Assembly: GCA_002633005.1 (NCBI GenBank)
Contig: NMRA01000001.1
Location: 2,086,933-2,150,932, forward strand
DNA: 64,000 nt
Direction: 5' to 3'
DNA from: Phoronis australis
Taxonomy: Eukaryota > Animalia > Phoronida
Shown here one piece after another: positions 41,115-52,407 of this stretch (the first letter of the stretch is position 1; every line of letters starts with the position of its first letter). The notes under the pieces are model-generated. The model was not told the origin of the DNA and made no database searches. It was given only the letters and a program-made list of their open reading frames with translations. The translations under genes and the position numbers were made by a program.

Positions 41115-41721
41115 CTAAAAAAACATCAGGAAATGAAAATGGTACTTTATGTAGAAACAGAGTCCACAACTTAACTGAAAGTTTGATCATGTAACATCGG
41201 GATTCCCACTCATGCTTATGTTTTCAATGAAATTTCCATCACTTATTTTACTCACAAAAACTAGACTGATAGTGAGTAAATGCTAAAAGTCGAATGCATG
41301 AAATCAACAGTATCACTTGTAAAACACAATATGTTTTTTAATACACAAAACCTCACATTTCCATGGGATTTTGCCCCTTTCCACTTTCCATGCTTCGAGG
41401 ATTTTCTTTTTCTTGCCAGTTTCTATGTTTTCCACAAGAAGTGGGAAGCATGAGCCCGGTGTTTGAACTCATGGCTGTAATTGATTTATTGTCACTTACT
41501 TTGTAACGTGACGTCAGCTACTATACCTTCTCGGTATCACAAAATGGTTTCCTGTTTACCAAGTCCCGTTTACTTAATGTCAAACTGTTGTCACTAGCTG
41601 GAGTCAGCACACTCACTGGTGAGTGATGCTAGATGCGAACAGGCTGAGATGTGCAACCTACTTCAAAGAACATGAATGGCAAATTAACATTCTTTTGATG
41701 ACTAGCAACTGACAGGCTCAC

Positions 41722-41835
41722 CCTCCTCGCGAGTCCTGATTGGCACGCCGGAACTACTTTCTGTACAGCCGCCCATGGTGCAAGCAACCAGCTTCACTGT
41801 ATAGTTACTGAATGGTATGGCAGTTGTGATATTGC
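41722..41835 (-). CDS. USH2A: Usherin exon w22 (FN3)
   Basis: IPFSNYTVKLVACTMGGCTES. Confidence 0.9.
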
Positions 41836-42203
41836 CTGTAAAAATATTCAACAAAATCAAGAAACATATCAAATAAAAACAAAAGGTAGAATAGAACAAA
41901 AATTTCAAATAATTTTCCACATGTGCACGTAACAAGCATGTTCACCGGAAACTTTTCAAGCTTAATACATCACCAATCATCAAGAATAGTGTTGAAAGAC
42001 TGGCGTAAAGCCCTGCTAAAACCACGTCGCCAAGCCTGTGGCGACTGATTGTTTACTAGTCGGTCGAGTCACATAGAGTCGAGGAATTCAGTCCCTACTA
42101 ACCTATAATGCCATTGCTAAGACAGCCCAAATGTTAAATTTTTTGTATTCACCAAAGCTGCAGATGAGATTTCTTTGATAAGAAGACTTAAAACGTAACG
42201 TAC

Positions 42204-42389
42204 CATGTAAACTAACAGACTCCTTGAAGCTAGCTTCAGCAGGCTTTTGATTTGGGTTGTCCAAGTTGTGGGCCCTCAGTTTGTACTCCGTGATCAGACC
42301 CGTGTTACCTGTGGGCTCCCTCCACTTGGCCTCGATCACGTAACCTGTGTAGGTCTTCACGTCGTAGGGAGGACTGACCCCAGTAGGTG
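42204..42389 (-). CDS. USH2A: Usherin exon w21 (FN3)
   Basis: PTGVSPPYDVKTYTGYVIEAKWREP. Confidence 0.88.
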
Positions 42390-42792
42390 CTGCATAGGAA
42401 CAAGATACACTTATCAAGATAAAGCAACATCAACATCGTATCTCTGACTTTGCCAAGTAACACTGAACTGTGATGTAGTCAAGACTACTCACAGCGAATG
42501 TGCTGCCTAATGAAGCAATCACCCACGAATGTTGATTTTACAGACCCCAGCTATCTTGAATGACTTCACGTGTCCAGATTTCATTACATGAACTCATACT
42601 AAAATCAATGTAAAAACTTTATATTCAACAGATCACTATTAGACTTTTAGTGTAAAAAGCCAGTTGCATGAAATGAAAACCAGGTGTGCCAGCAGTAAAC
42701 AGGAATTCTTACTGTCGTAATCGCAGTCAAGAAAAATCATACCACGGGTAAGGTGCATTCATTGTGAAGGGAATCAAGTTCCAGCAACTTAC

Positions 42793-42873
42793 CTCCTTCA
42801 CGTGTTCTACCCTTGGCCCAATCACTCATTGTTGACCCTTCCGAGTTGCTCGCCGTGACACGATAGAAGTATT
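42793..42873 (-). CDS. USH2A: Usherin exon w20 (FN3)
   Basis: YFYRVTASNSEGSTMSDWAKGRTREG. Confidence 0.88.
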
Positions 42874-43453
42874 CTGAAATAGATAAATGACACGAGGTTC
42901 AAGAACATTTTACACCAATCTTCATACTTTTTGGACTCATCGGCAAAGAATTCTAGACGTCCATGTTCATTTCTGAAATTGCAAAATCATTAAGTATTTG
43001 CTGACACAATGTGGAGAACTCAAGACATCTTAATCTCCCGGCACAGTCTTGAGTACACCACTGAATATTGTAATCCTCATTTGGTAGAGCACTCGTCATG
43101 ATTAATCAATAATAGATTTCATACATGATAAATTACCTAGAAAATAAATCTGAAACTAAATGAGGTGATCCACATCCTCTGAAGGATATTATTGTTTGAC
43201 AAAATGCAAAATATATATAAAAATAAAAGAACAAAAATGGATCAACTGAAATTTTCGTAATATACACTACGTCACATATCAGATGTCATTTGTCATATTG
43301 TGTTTGATTTTACTTTCTGTTTCTGTTTAAAAAGGGTGGAATTATATCCGAAAATTTCTGCAGTTAATTGTTATCTTATTTTGAGAAAATCCGTTTCTTT
43401 GCTAACATTATCTATATATGGATTTCCTGTGAATACCACAACTGAACTATTAC

Positions 43454-43657
43454 CTGTGAATGGTGCGAGACCATGATCATATGTCTGATTAGCTGGTCCG
43501 GTATAGATCTCCTTGAAGCCACCGGTCTGACAGGTACTGGTGCTGGTTGCAACAGGTGGACATCCATCCAGGTTGACATTGAGCAGGCTTTGATGCGATG
43601 AGACCAAGTCCAGCGGCACGCCATTGATCATGATGTTCTTCAAACAACCGGCAAAAC
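43454..43657 (-). CDS. USH2A: Usherin exon w19 (LamG2 end, FN3 C-half)
   Basis: FAGCLKNIMING...NVNLDGCPP...GLAPFT. Confidence 0.9.
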
Positions 43658-44181
43658 CTGTGGAAAGACAAGACCAGATTATTAATTAATCAATTAAAAG
43701 CAGACGTGCTATTAAAACACTGCCATCCTGTCAACCATTGCTGTTTGCAAATCTGACTAATCTAGTTTACAGATAATAAAAAGAACTGTCTATTATTATC
43801 ATATGAAAGCTAGTTAATACTAATCAGAGAATGAATAGCAACCTTGCTAAAGAAACAAATTTGGAAGCCTAGATTACGTAACAGGTTTGGCAAAAATATT
43901 AAATGAGATTTTGAAGGGTTTTGTAGTAAATTTCGTAGTCTATATTAAAGTGACTAATGTTTTGGACACTCAGGGTCTATGATACTAACCAGCGCACAGA
44001 TGGCATTATTACCTGCCTAGCTTGGACCATGACAGGACAGATAAGAGTTCAGTTTGTTAACCAGTGAGTAATACCCCTTTGCACAGAAGGAGATTCTCAT
44101 CCAGGTCTTGAGCTACTTACCTGGATGTGGCAACCCAAATATAGGTCAGAGTTCTAAGTTTGTCCAAGGAGTCGTACTTAC

Positions 44182-44315
44182 CGTCCATTAGACTGGTTCT
44201 AAGAGAAGGATTGTCATCCAGGACTTCGCCTACTTTCATGGCTGTGGAATTCAGACCTCCAAGGTAGAGATCAGAGTCCAGGTAAATGTCAGCTGCCAAG
44301 GAACTGTCACCGATA
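44182..44315 (-). CDS. USH2A: Usherin exon w18 (LamG2)
   Basis: IYLDSDLYLGGL. Confidence 0.87.
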
Positions 44316-44578
44316 CTGTGGGTAAAGGGTATTCACCAAATGAACACTTTAAAAACATCATTGCACATGATATCACACAGCTGGCGAAAAATAATCAGTT
44401 CTTTGTATAATTGAAAAAATGTCACTTTATTATTTATCAGACTTAGATCTTGTAATGAAGTAAAATTTTGCCACTAGGTATGGTACAGAAGCAGTAATTA
44501 TGCAAACAAAAAAATGAAACAAAAGTACACATAACAAATTTTCTAAGAAAGAGGAGTGTGTGAAAGCTTACGACATAC

Positions 44579-44882
44579 TTTTGACTTGTTCCGTCCACTG
44601 TGATGGTCAGTTCTTGACCTGTCTTCTTGAAAGTGATAGACCTCCACTGACCATTGCACAAAGACGTAGAAGAGTAAACTAGTGCTTTGCGAAAAGTTGT
44701 GCCATTGATCCTCATTTCTAAGTGCCACAAGAGGGCACCACCAGCCAGCTGAGCGTAGGTGAAGACGCCGCGGTTTCCAAACATGAAGAAAAGTAGACCT
44801 GACTGGATTTCCGTCCTCATCTGCATTACCACGGTGAATGTTGAACCACCAGTGAAGCTAGACTTGTCCACTTGTATATAGC
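44579..44882 (-). CDS. USH2A: Usherin exon w17 (LamG2)
   Basis: MRTEIQSGLLFF...LCNGQWRSITFKK. Confidence 0.9.
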
Positions 44883-46033
44883 CTGGAAAAGGATGATGAA
44901 TGAAAGTACAAAGCATCCAAAAGTTGCCAAAAAATGACTTATTACAGAACATAATATCTCAGATTCAAAGGAAACTTCTTGTACTATAATTTGTGCACTG
45001 TTCTCCACAATGCTACAAGGGAGTGTTATTTAATATGTTTCACTTTGGCTTAATGTGCTATCCAAAATTGTGACTTTCACAATTTTCAAAGATATTTTAG
45101 AAAACAGTGACAATGTGTCTTAGACTTTATCTTGAATATTCGTATATGCAAATGATATTTAGTCAAAAACGAGTTATTGGGGCCATGATTTCGCCATGAA
45201 CACACGTCAGTCACTTTTTGTTTTTTTTTTGCAGAAATTTCATGACAAAGACAGTCAAAAACAGATTGGTATAATGTCCAAAATTAAATTCTACTATGCA
45301 TTCTTTTAAAAATATAAACAAATTTCATGAAAGGCCATCAAAGATCTTCATTCAGTAACACATTGAGGTAGAGGCAAAAATAAACAAAGTTGCTACTAGG
45401 GGACACTGCTGGTTTTAGACGCTGTCCGAAACTCACCGTAAGCCACGATTTCCTCAACAGGAACACAAAATTATACTAAATTTCATTAAGAGACATCAAG
45501 AAGTCTGTAGTCGGACATGTCAGTCGTACTCTCCACAATAGGAACACATTTGCAAAATTTCATAATGATCCTTCAAGTGGTTTGGCCGTGTGAAAAGCCC
45601 ATGCCAAAATACCTAAAACGGCCACCAGGGTGCGGTGTAGAATGTGTCCAATCCATCAGGCTTGTGGAAACTGTCATCATCACCACAACTCTTTGCCTAA
45701 CTTCATGACCAAAATCTATCACTCCTTCAGGGAACTTGGTTGATACAGAGGCAAACATAAAAAATTATAATTGACAAGAGGGGGCACTGCAATAACTGGA
45801 TTGGGCCAAAGCTGATTGTCATCTGATGTCAACTCTAGTGAAACACAGCTGCTGACTTTCATGTAAATCCTGCCAGAGGTTTAGGAGATAGAACAGTGAA
45901 CGCCAGCACCCAGACAGAGATGACAGTAATATGCACTCACATAAGTGGGTGCATAAACGTTTCAAGCATTCATCAATGGGTACGGTCACTCTAACATTAC
46001 ATTAGGACATCTGTCACACATATCAGCACATAC

Positions 46034-46211
46034 CTCTTCCAAGGAAGTGTGCCCCATTGTCAAGGGATACTGGACAACCCTCCCAGTTGGGGAACGAGTC
46101 GGCAATCTTGACCGCTTTCGTCCAGTCGATATCTGTCCAAATAGGCACAGGCGTCTTTTGAGTCATGACCTTCACATCTCGCAGGCAACCTTGGAAACTC
46201 TGTCTTAAAAT
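46034..46211 (-). CDS. USH2A: Usherin exon w16 (LamG1 end)
   Basis: SFQGCLRDVKV...WEGCPVSLDNGAHFLGR. Confidence 0.92.
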
Positions 46212-46445
46212 CTGCAAAACAATAGAATTCCCACTGATACATCAACCTTCATTTGAAATGATTGACAGGTTTGGCTCTACCACAGCCAAATTTGGTAAGA
46301 ATTGGAGGTCAGGGGTTACAGTGTGAGGACTGTATGGTGAATCACAGACTAAGTGAAAGAGAAGTGACACAATGAGAAATTCCAACAATTTAATTTTTCA
46401 GATTCTACACATGCTGAGAATGTGTGAACGCCTCCAAGCAGAAGC

Positions 46446-46532
46446 AATTCATTATGTCCTTATAACCCTAAGGCATTATTATAACCAAAATTCATTATGT
46501 CCTTATAACCCTAAGGCATTATTACAACCAAA
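46446..46532. repeat. 43-bp tandem duplication
   Basis: aattcattatgtccttataaccctaaggcattatta(t/c)aaccaa, two copies. Confidence 0.85.
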
Positions 46533-46706
46533 ACATTCTTCATACAGCCCCTCGTGGTTAAAATTCAATAAGCGGCTTCAGTAATATATTAGTTATTCTT
46601 GTTAGCTTGAAATAGAATCTCTAATCACTATTTACAAGTAAATGAAGTAAAGCAGAAAATAATTCTTCAATATGCGCCACTGACCATCTTAACCAATGTC
46701 TAGTAC

Positions 46707-46825
46707 CTTTTCGCGAGGGTCATTCCCTGTCCGTTTTATGGTGTAGTCTGGTGGAAGTCCCCCAAGGTACACTCCAGTGTTCTTGCCAATAACATTTCCT
46801 GTGGTACACAAGCCACTCTTTGTTC
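46707..46825 (-). CDS. USH2A: Usherin exon w15 (LamG1)
   Basis: NVIGKNTGVYLGGLPPDYTI. Confidence 0.9.
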
Positions 46826-48271
46826 CTGCAGAATCAAAAAAGAAAAATAAATTATGAAGATGAAACTTATAAACATTCAATATTTACTGTAGATAACAAA
46901 ATGACGTGGCATTGTATATTAATTTACATTACAAAAATCTGAAATCAACACACTGATAGAAGTGTCACGTAACAGCCCAAATAACTAAAAAGCATCACAC
47001 AGCGATAATTAAGTCAAATCAAACTTGCAATTTTTGGTCCAGAGTAGATTAAGTTGATCCTGCCACTAATTGATTCAATTAATGAACTATGCTTGGCACA
47101 CAGTGCAGAATCAGAATCTATTAAGGTGTGATAAAAAAACTCCAAAATGTCTCTATATCGTGTTTTTATGTAAAATGGCACAGTGTGACTTCAAGATAAA
47201 GAAAACAATTTCAGTTTCAAAGAGTAGTTTTCAATGAAAACATAGAATTTTTACGAAAGTTTTTCAGCATTTTGTGCATCTCCTAGAAGAAAAACAAGGC
47301 GACAAATTAAAACACTAGACAAACCTTAAATTTATTTATTTACATTTTCAAGGTACACAAAGCTCCACCAACTGTAACGTTACTGCACATTAGTAAGACA
47401 CTGTGATACGACAAACATAAACATGAAAGACGACACAATGACAACACACAAGGAAAAAAAAGAAGAGATGATGATTTACATTTACCTATGAACCAACAAA
47501 AGGCCATAAACCGATTATGGAAAAATTTGTCATTTTGGGACAAAAATTATTGCAAGAATTGTTTACAATTTAGCAAGTGAATGTTGTTTGGTGATAGCTG
47601 TGCCATGAATATCAGGCTAACAACAAAGTTATTAAATATAATAATTTTAAGTTGAGATATTTTATGAAATGAAATTCTTTGTACCATCCATATTGTGTCC
47701 TACACGGAAGAATTTTTACCATAAACTATAATTGAATGACTAGAACCAGAAGGGACGAGAATCTGTATTGTTAGACAGGTTTGAATTTTGGTCAAGATAT
47801 TTTCATCCTAACACTCAAAAGTTTAGTGTGTCTGAAAGACCATCGTTGAATTGTTGCGCTCCTGTATTCACTAGACAGTACAGGTGAAAAAGGGGGCATG
47901 GTTGTAAACATCTGAAAACTGCTGCAAGAGTTTGATCAATGTCAAAACGGTACATAGACCCTCATAACATGGAGAACATTGTACTTCTGAGCTGTTTTAC
48001 TGAGAGTTAGAGCAATAGTGCAAAGTTAAGGCCACTTTCAACAAATAATGCTCTTGCTCCATGAGAATATAATACCAAGTTTTAAAAACAAGACAATTAA
48101 CATTCAGAAAAATAAATGAAAGTGAAACTTGTAATTTTCTAAGAAAATAATGATGTATTTGTGTACTAGTATTTTAATACATGAAATACAGTGTAATGTC
48201 TGACTACATTACGGAATTGTAAGATGCATGCAGAAGGTTTGATGTGTGTACAACATGGCCGACGGACAAAC

Positions 48272-48397
48272 CTGACCACATAGAATCCATCTGAATGATT
48301 CCTTGGTCTAGATAACGAATGGCACGGAGGTGGTGCCACTTGTTATCATTATAAGGTAGGCCCTCATCATTGGTGGGTGTGACCAAGGTGGAGCAAC
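48272..48397 (-). CDS. USH2A: Usherin exon w14b (LamG1; candidate mutually exclusive exon)
   Basis: cag|GT TGC..., CSTLVTPTNDEGLPYNDNKWHHLRAIRYLDQGIIQMDSMWS G|gtttg; 126 nt, phase 1-1. Confidence 0.88.
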
Positions 48398-48614
48398 CTG
48401 CATGATAGACAAGTGACAAATTAGCCAATAAAGCGGAAATTGAGACAAGGAACATGTAAAGCAGGAGACAGCAAAAGCAGGGGGTGCTCAAATCCAGATG
48501 AAGAAAACCTGCATGGACAGACAAGCGACAGATTAGCCACACAAACACACACACGAGCGCACGCACAAAGCGCACAAAAACCAACAGAGCGGAAGCAGTA
48601 AGGAACGCTCTAAC

Positions 48615-48746
48615 CTCTGAAAACGTCATCAACGATGATCTGACCGCTGCTGCCATCTCTGGTCACAACTATGTGATGCCATTGGTTGTCGTTGTAAGTG
48701 CGATTTCCATCCTGCGCTGGATCTGGCTCGATAAAGCTCGAGCAGC
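48615..48746 (-). CDS. USH2A: Usherin exon w14a (LamG1 alternative version; candidate mutually exclusive exon)
   Basis: cag|GC TGC..., CSSFIEPDPAQDGNRTYNDNQWHHIVVTRDGSSGQIIVDDVFR G|gttag; 132 nt, phase 1-1; its reading frame is not in the supplied ORF track. Confidence 0.85.
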
Positions 48747-48804
48747 CTGTGACAGCATGCAAATGTTGGTTGAAACCACAGTAACAAAACAGACGTGGTA
48801 ATAG

Positions 48805-48899
48805 TCACTTACAGATGTCCCACATTTTAAGAACCAGTTTTCTCCACTGAGTAACAGGCATCAAACTGGTTCTCAAGAGTTGGGACCCCTGCAAAGTGA
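48805..48899 (-). other. Intronic inverted repeat / RNA hairpin
   Basis: Arms ...gtcccacattttaagaaccagttt and aaactggttctcaagagttgggac... with a 22-nt loop. Confidence 0.7.
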
Positions 48900-49265
48900 G
48901 TATTGCCACGGGCGCTATTTCACCGATACAAGATGTTTACTAAAAGAGACAAGATTAAGAACACAATAACTTGTCTTAAGCAAAGAAAGGGATTGTTTTC
49001 ATTGTGACTGTTATTTCTTCATGACATCAGTTGGTGAATACCAATTTGAGTACTTAACAACTGGCCCTTTTCCAGCAAGTCCTCCTTAATGAGTTGGCGC
49101 TAACATGCCAAAACAATATGTCAGCAAAATTCTTAGTTTGAAGGCTAAACACTAGATGGAATAAATAGTAGGCAAATTGAGAATTCAAAAGATTTTTGCG
49201 GATAGCATTATACGTTGTTGCAAAAACACAACCGTGTTTACTTGGGGATGAAGAGCAAGACACAC

Positions 49266-49397
49266 CTTGTGGGTCGAACAAAAACCATGGCCGACCGTAG
49301 CGCAGCTGAATGGCTATGAACTCTTCCTGTCGACCTTCGGATGCAGCAAACAGTATGAGACCACTGAACTGCGACGTCTTAAACCAAAGGTCGATGC
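49266..49397 (-). CDS. USH2A: Usherin exon w13 (LamG1)
   Basis: IDLWFKTSQFSGLILFAASEGRQEEFIAIQLRYGRPWFLFDPQ. Confidence 0.92.
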
Positions 49398-49848
49398 CTA
49401 GAATAAAATGTGGGTCTTTCTGTACAAGGCAGTACCAGAGTCTCAAATTATGCTCTCTAATGTTGGGAGGTATGAGAAACTTAAGTGGTGCCATACCAAA
49501 ACAATGATGTTGTCAATCACACCTTACACACGCAGACACTTCTTGAAATCAGTGCTGAGTCTGGTACCACTTTTGATTATACAAAAATATAATTCCAACG
49601 CACCAACAGACTCATGATAAAGCACAAAGTATCAAGCGGAAGCTTTACACAGCTGAAGAACTGAAATCAAGATTGTTACAGAGAGCGTAGCTAAGGATAA
49701 GTGCACCGTCAACGGTCTTTTGATGTAAGTAACTGAGCTTCTAGTAAACACATAAAACATGCCATGTTGTTCTAGAAAGCAATTATAGAACTGTTTTAAT
49801 GAAGTGACCACAGTAGTAAAGAGCAATAAAACGCCAGTCAACTCTCAC

Positions 49849-50079
49849 CAGTAAATCCAACCACCTGGGGTATTGTGTCTGGGGGGAAGAGGTGATAACC
49901 ACCGCCAGGGAACCTCGTGCCTCGGATGACTCGGGGAGGGGGGTTATTGAACGCTGTGGCGGTCTTTTCCACCTTGAACGTGGGCCTGGGTCCGTTGATC
50001 TGTGCTGGATGAGTCCATGACACCAACATCACCGTCGAGTTGTAGCCAGTGACACTAGGGGGCATTTGATTCTTTGGGG
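49849..50079 (-). CDS. USH2A: Usherin exon w12 (FN3 N-half into LamG1)
   Basis: PKNQMPPSV...WTHPAQING...GTRFPGGGYHLFPP. Confidence 0.9.
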
Positions 50080-50468
50080 CTGTGAAGGAAAACATTCCAT
50101 TGTGTTAACAGTGTTTGAATAGACAAACCAGTCGTTACAGTGCCAGTAATACTACCTCGACTCCCCAATCTGACTTCACATTTCGCTTATATTGAAATAA
50201 AAAAACCACAGCGATAAAACAATCACTAATGCTCACAAATGAAGCAAGCCATAATTTATCATCTAAAATTATAAATAAGTTTCTCAAATAACACTAAAAT
50301 CATACCGGAACTTTATGCACTAAGAACGATTTTGGGAGTTACGTCCTGATAAACTTTCCTGATCTACAAAGGTTGGAATAAAACATGTCAAAACATCCAG
50401 CCGAAGATTTTGTTTTTTACAAATTTTAATTTAAAATGGAGACAATCAATGACAGCGGTTCTTCTCAC

Positions 50469-50613
50469 CTGCAGCAAGGGTGCGCCCTGTAGCTACAGTA
50501 CTGTTCACACAGCCAATACTATTGCAAGCCTCAATAAAGAATGTGTGCGCAGAATAGGCTGGGAGTCCAGAGACCACTACCTCCCTCCCAGATCCATCAG
50601 TTACGTTGATAGC
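50469..50613 (-). CDS. USH2A: Usherin exon w11 (FN3)
   Basis: AINVTDGSGREVVVSGLPAYSAHTFFIEACNSIGC; AAG acceptor inferred from phase. Confidence 0.82.
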
Positions 50614-50854
50614 CTTCAACAAAGCAGATACCATTCAAAACACCAATTACTCCTTTACAGGTATCAAAACTACACAATTGGTCAAACGAACAGTATAAAA
50701 ATCTAAATCCCAATGATTCCAACAAAATACAAATTAGTCATTTTGGCTGTGTTTAACTGTGCAGACATCGGATGCAGATGTCAAGTTTTGATCACAAAGT
50801 TCATTATTCTGTACCAGTCCTGAAGATGTCGAAAGAAAAAGTGCACTGTTGGTA

Positions 50855-51082
50855 TATTATGTAGTACCATAACTGCATAACATTATGTAGTACCATAACT
50901 ACATTAATAACATATTATGTAGTACCATAACTGCATTAATAACATATTATGTAGTACCATAACTGCACAACATATTATGTAGTACCATAACTGCATAACA
51001 TATTATGTAGTACCATAACTACATAACATATTATGCAGTACCATAACTACATAACAAATTATGTAGTACCATAACTGCATAA
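50855..51082. repeat. About 28-bp minisatellite, about 8 copies
   Basis: Unit catattatgtagtaccataact(g/a)cataa with small indels. Confidence 0.92.
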
Positions 51083-51580
51083 TGGAGTGTATGTTAAACA
51101 GAATTAGGGTACTACATGCGTCAGGGAGCACTGCTACATAGCCAGTCAATCAACCGGTCAAAACGATAACGCCAACTTGAGAAAAGTGCTACTGAACGCA
51201 GTAAAGGCAAAGTGGAACCTGCCGTTTAAAGAAACTTACTTAAACCAGCAATATGTCCATGTTCCATCAAAGAAACTACGTTTTGCTTCGAGCCACTTAC
51301 CACCATAAAACTGGCTGCAATTTATACCATGCTTTGATGGGAAGTGGTTTGTGAGCGAGGAAAGAATAGACGCATTAACTTTAGATGAGCATTTAATGTA
51401 GCTGCCAGTTCCTTCCATGGCCAGAAATTATCTCTAGGGAACAAACTGAGAAATCAAATGTTAAGTTTCGCGAATAAATTAGGTTAGGTTTACATTACAA
51501 ACACACGGTCTTGTCATCTCACTACTTGAAACATACACCAAGAATACACAAAAACGCAGTGGGTGAATATTGCCACTTAC

Positions 51581-51756
51581 ATCATTATACATAGGTGGGT
51601 CAAAAGGTTTGAGTGTCAGATTTGTCTTCTTGATTTGGAACACTTTGAACCGTACGATGAGCCCCCGGCCCACTTCGGGTGATGGGTGAACCCATGTAAC
51701 ACGAAGGGACGATGAGGACAAACCCACTATGACCGGAGGGGGTGTAGACAGTGGAC
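51581..51756 (-). CDS. USH2A: Usherin exon w10 (FN3)
   Basis: PLSTPPPVIVGLSSSSLRVTWVHP...PPMYND|gtaagt. Confidence 0.88.
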
Positions 51757-52158
51757 CTGAAATAAGAATATTTACATTAAATAACAGTGAATTAATATTG
51801 AATTATTAATAAACATGTGAAAGTATAACCACACTGGACTTCCTGTACCAGAAAACGGTCAGGCGTGACATTTGTACAGATGGCATTTATTTAGTTATTT
51901 TTTGTATTATCCTTAATGTATAACATTGAATGTTCAAGTGAATACATAAATTTGAAGGGATTGAATTAGGTGTAGCTTTATTCACCGTATCATTTCTGCA
52001 GATAACTTTCTTCATAAGGGCGTAATTTTGCATGTGGAGATTAACATTAAATGGGCAATTAGAGTGTAAAATGTACGACAGTAGAACCCTAAATTTTCAA
52101 AGTACAGACTTCCAATTGTGTTTGTATTCAGGGTTGGTTTACTGGCTACAGTACTCAC

Positions 52159-52407
52159 TAGCTTCTTTGGTTCTTCCAGCGGTCCATTGGCTGGCTGCCT
52201 TACTGATCTCATTCTGAGAAAACACCTGAAACTCATACTCTGTGTACGGCTTCAGGTCATGGACAGTGAAGTTCCTCTGGGGCTCAGGCAGGGCGTTCTC
52301 TAGGGGAGCTGATGTCGGTCTGGGGTTGTACTGGCCAAAATTGATAAAAACCCGCTTAGCAGCCACACCATTTGATCTCATCCATAATTCATAGGCGATG
52401 ATGATTC
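52159..52407 (-). CDS. USH2A: Usherin exon w9 (FN3)
   Basis: IIIAYELWMRS...LKPYTEYEFQV...RTKEA. Confidence 0.9.

Noticed and set aside
45380-45960. Intronic segment sharing short words (ttgctactagggg, aaatttca) with 59990-60300
   Set aside because: Probably decayed members of a dispersed repeat family, but the similarity is too patchy to delimit or classify by eye.
50815-50850. cctgaagatgtcgaaag as a third hammerhead
   Set aside because: No stem II and no credible stem III or cleavage triplet.
50855-51082. 28-bp repeats as a possible CRISPR array
   Set aside because: Units are head-to-tail with no unique spacers, there are no cas genes, and the context is a eukaryotic intron.
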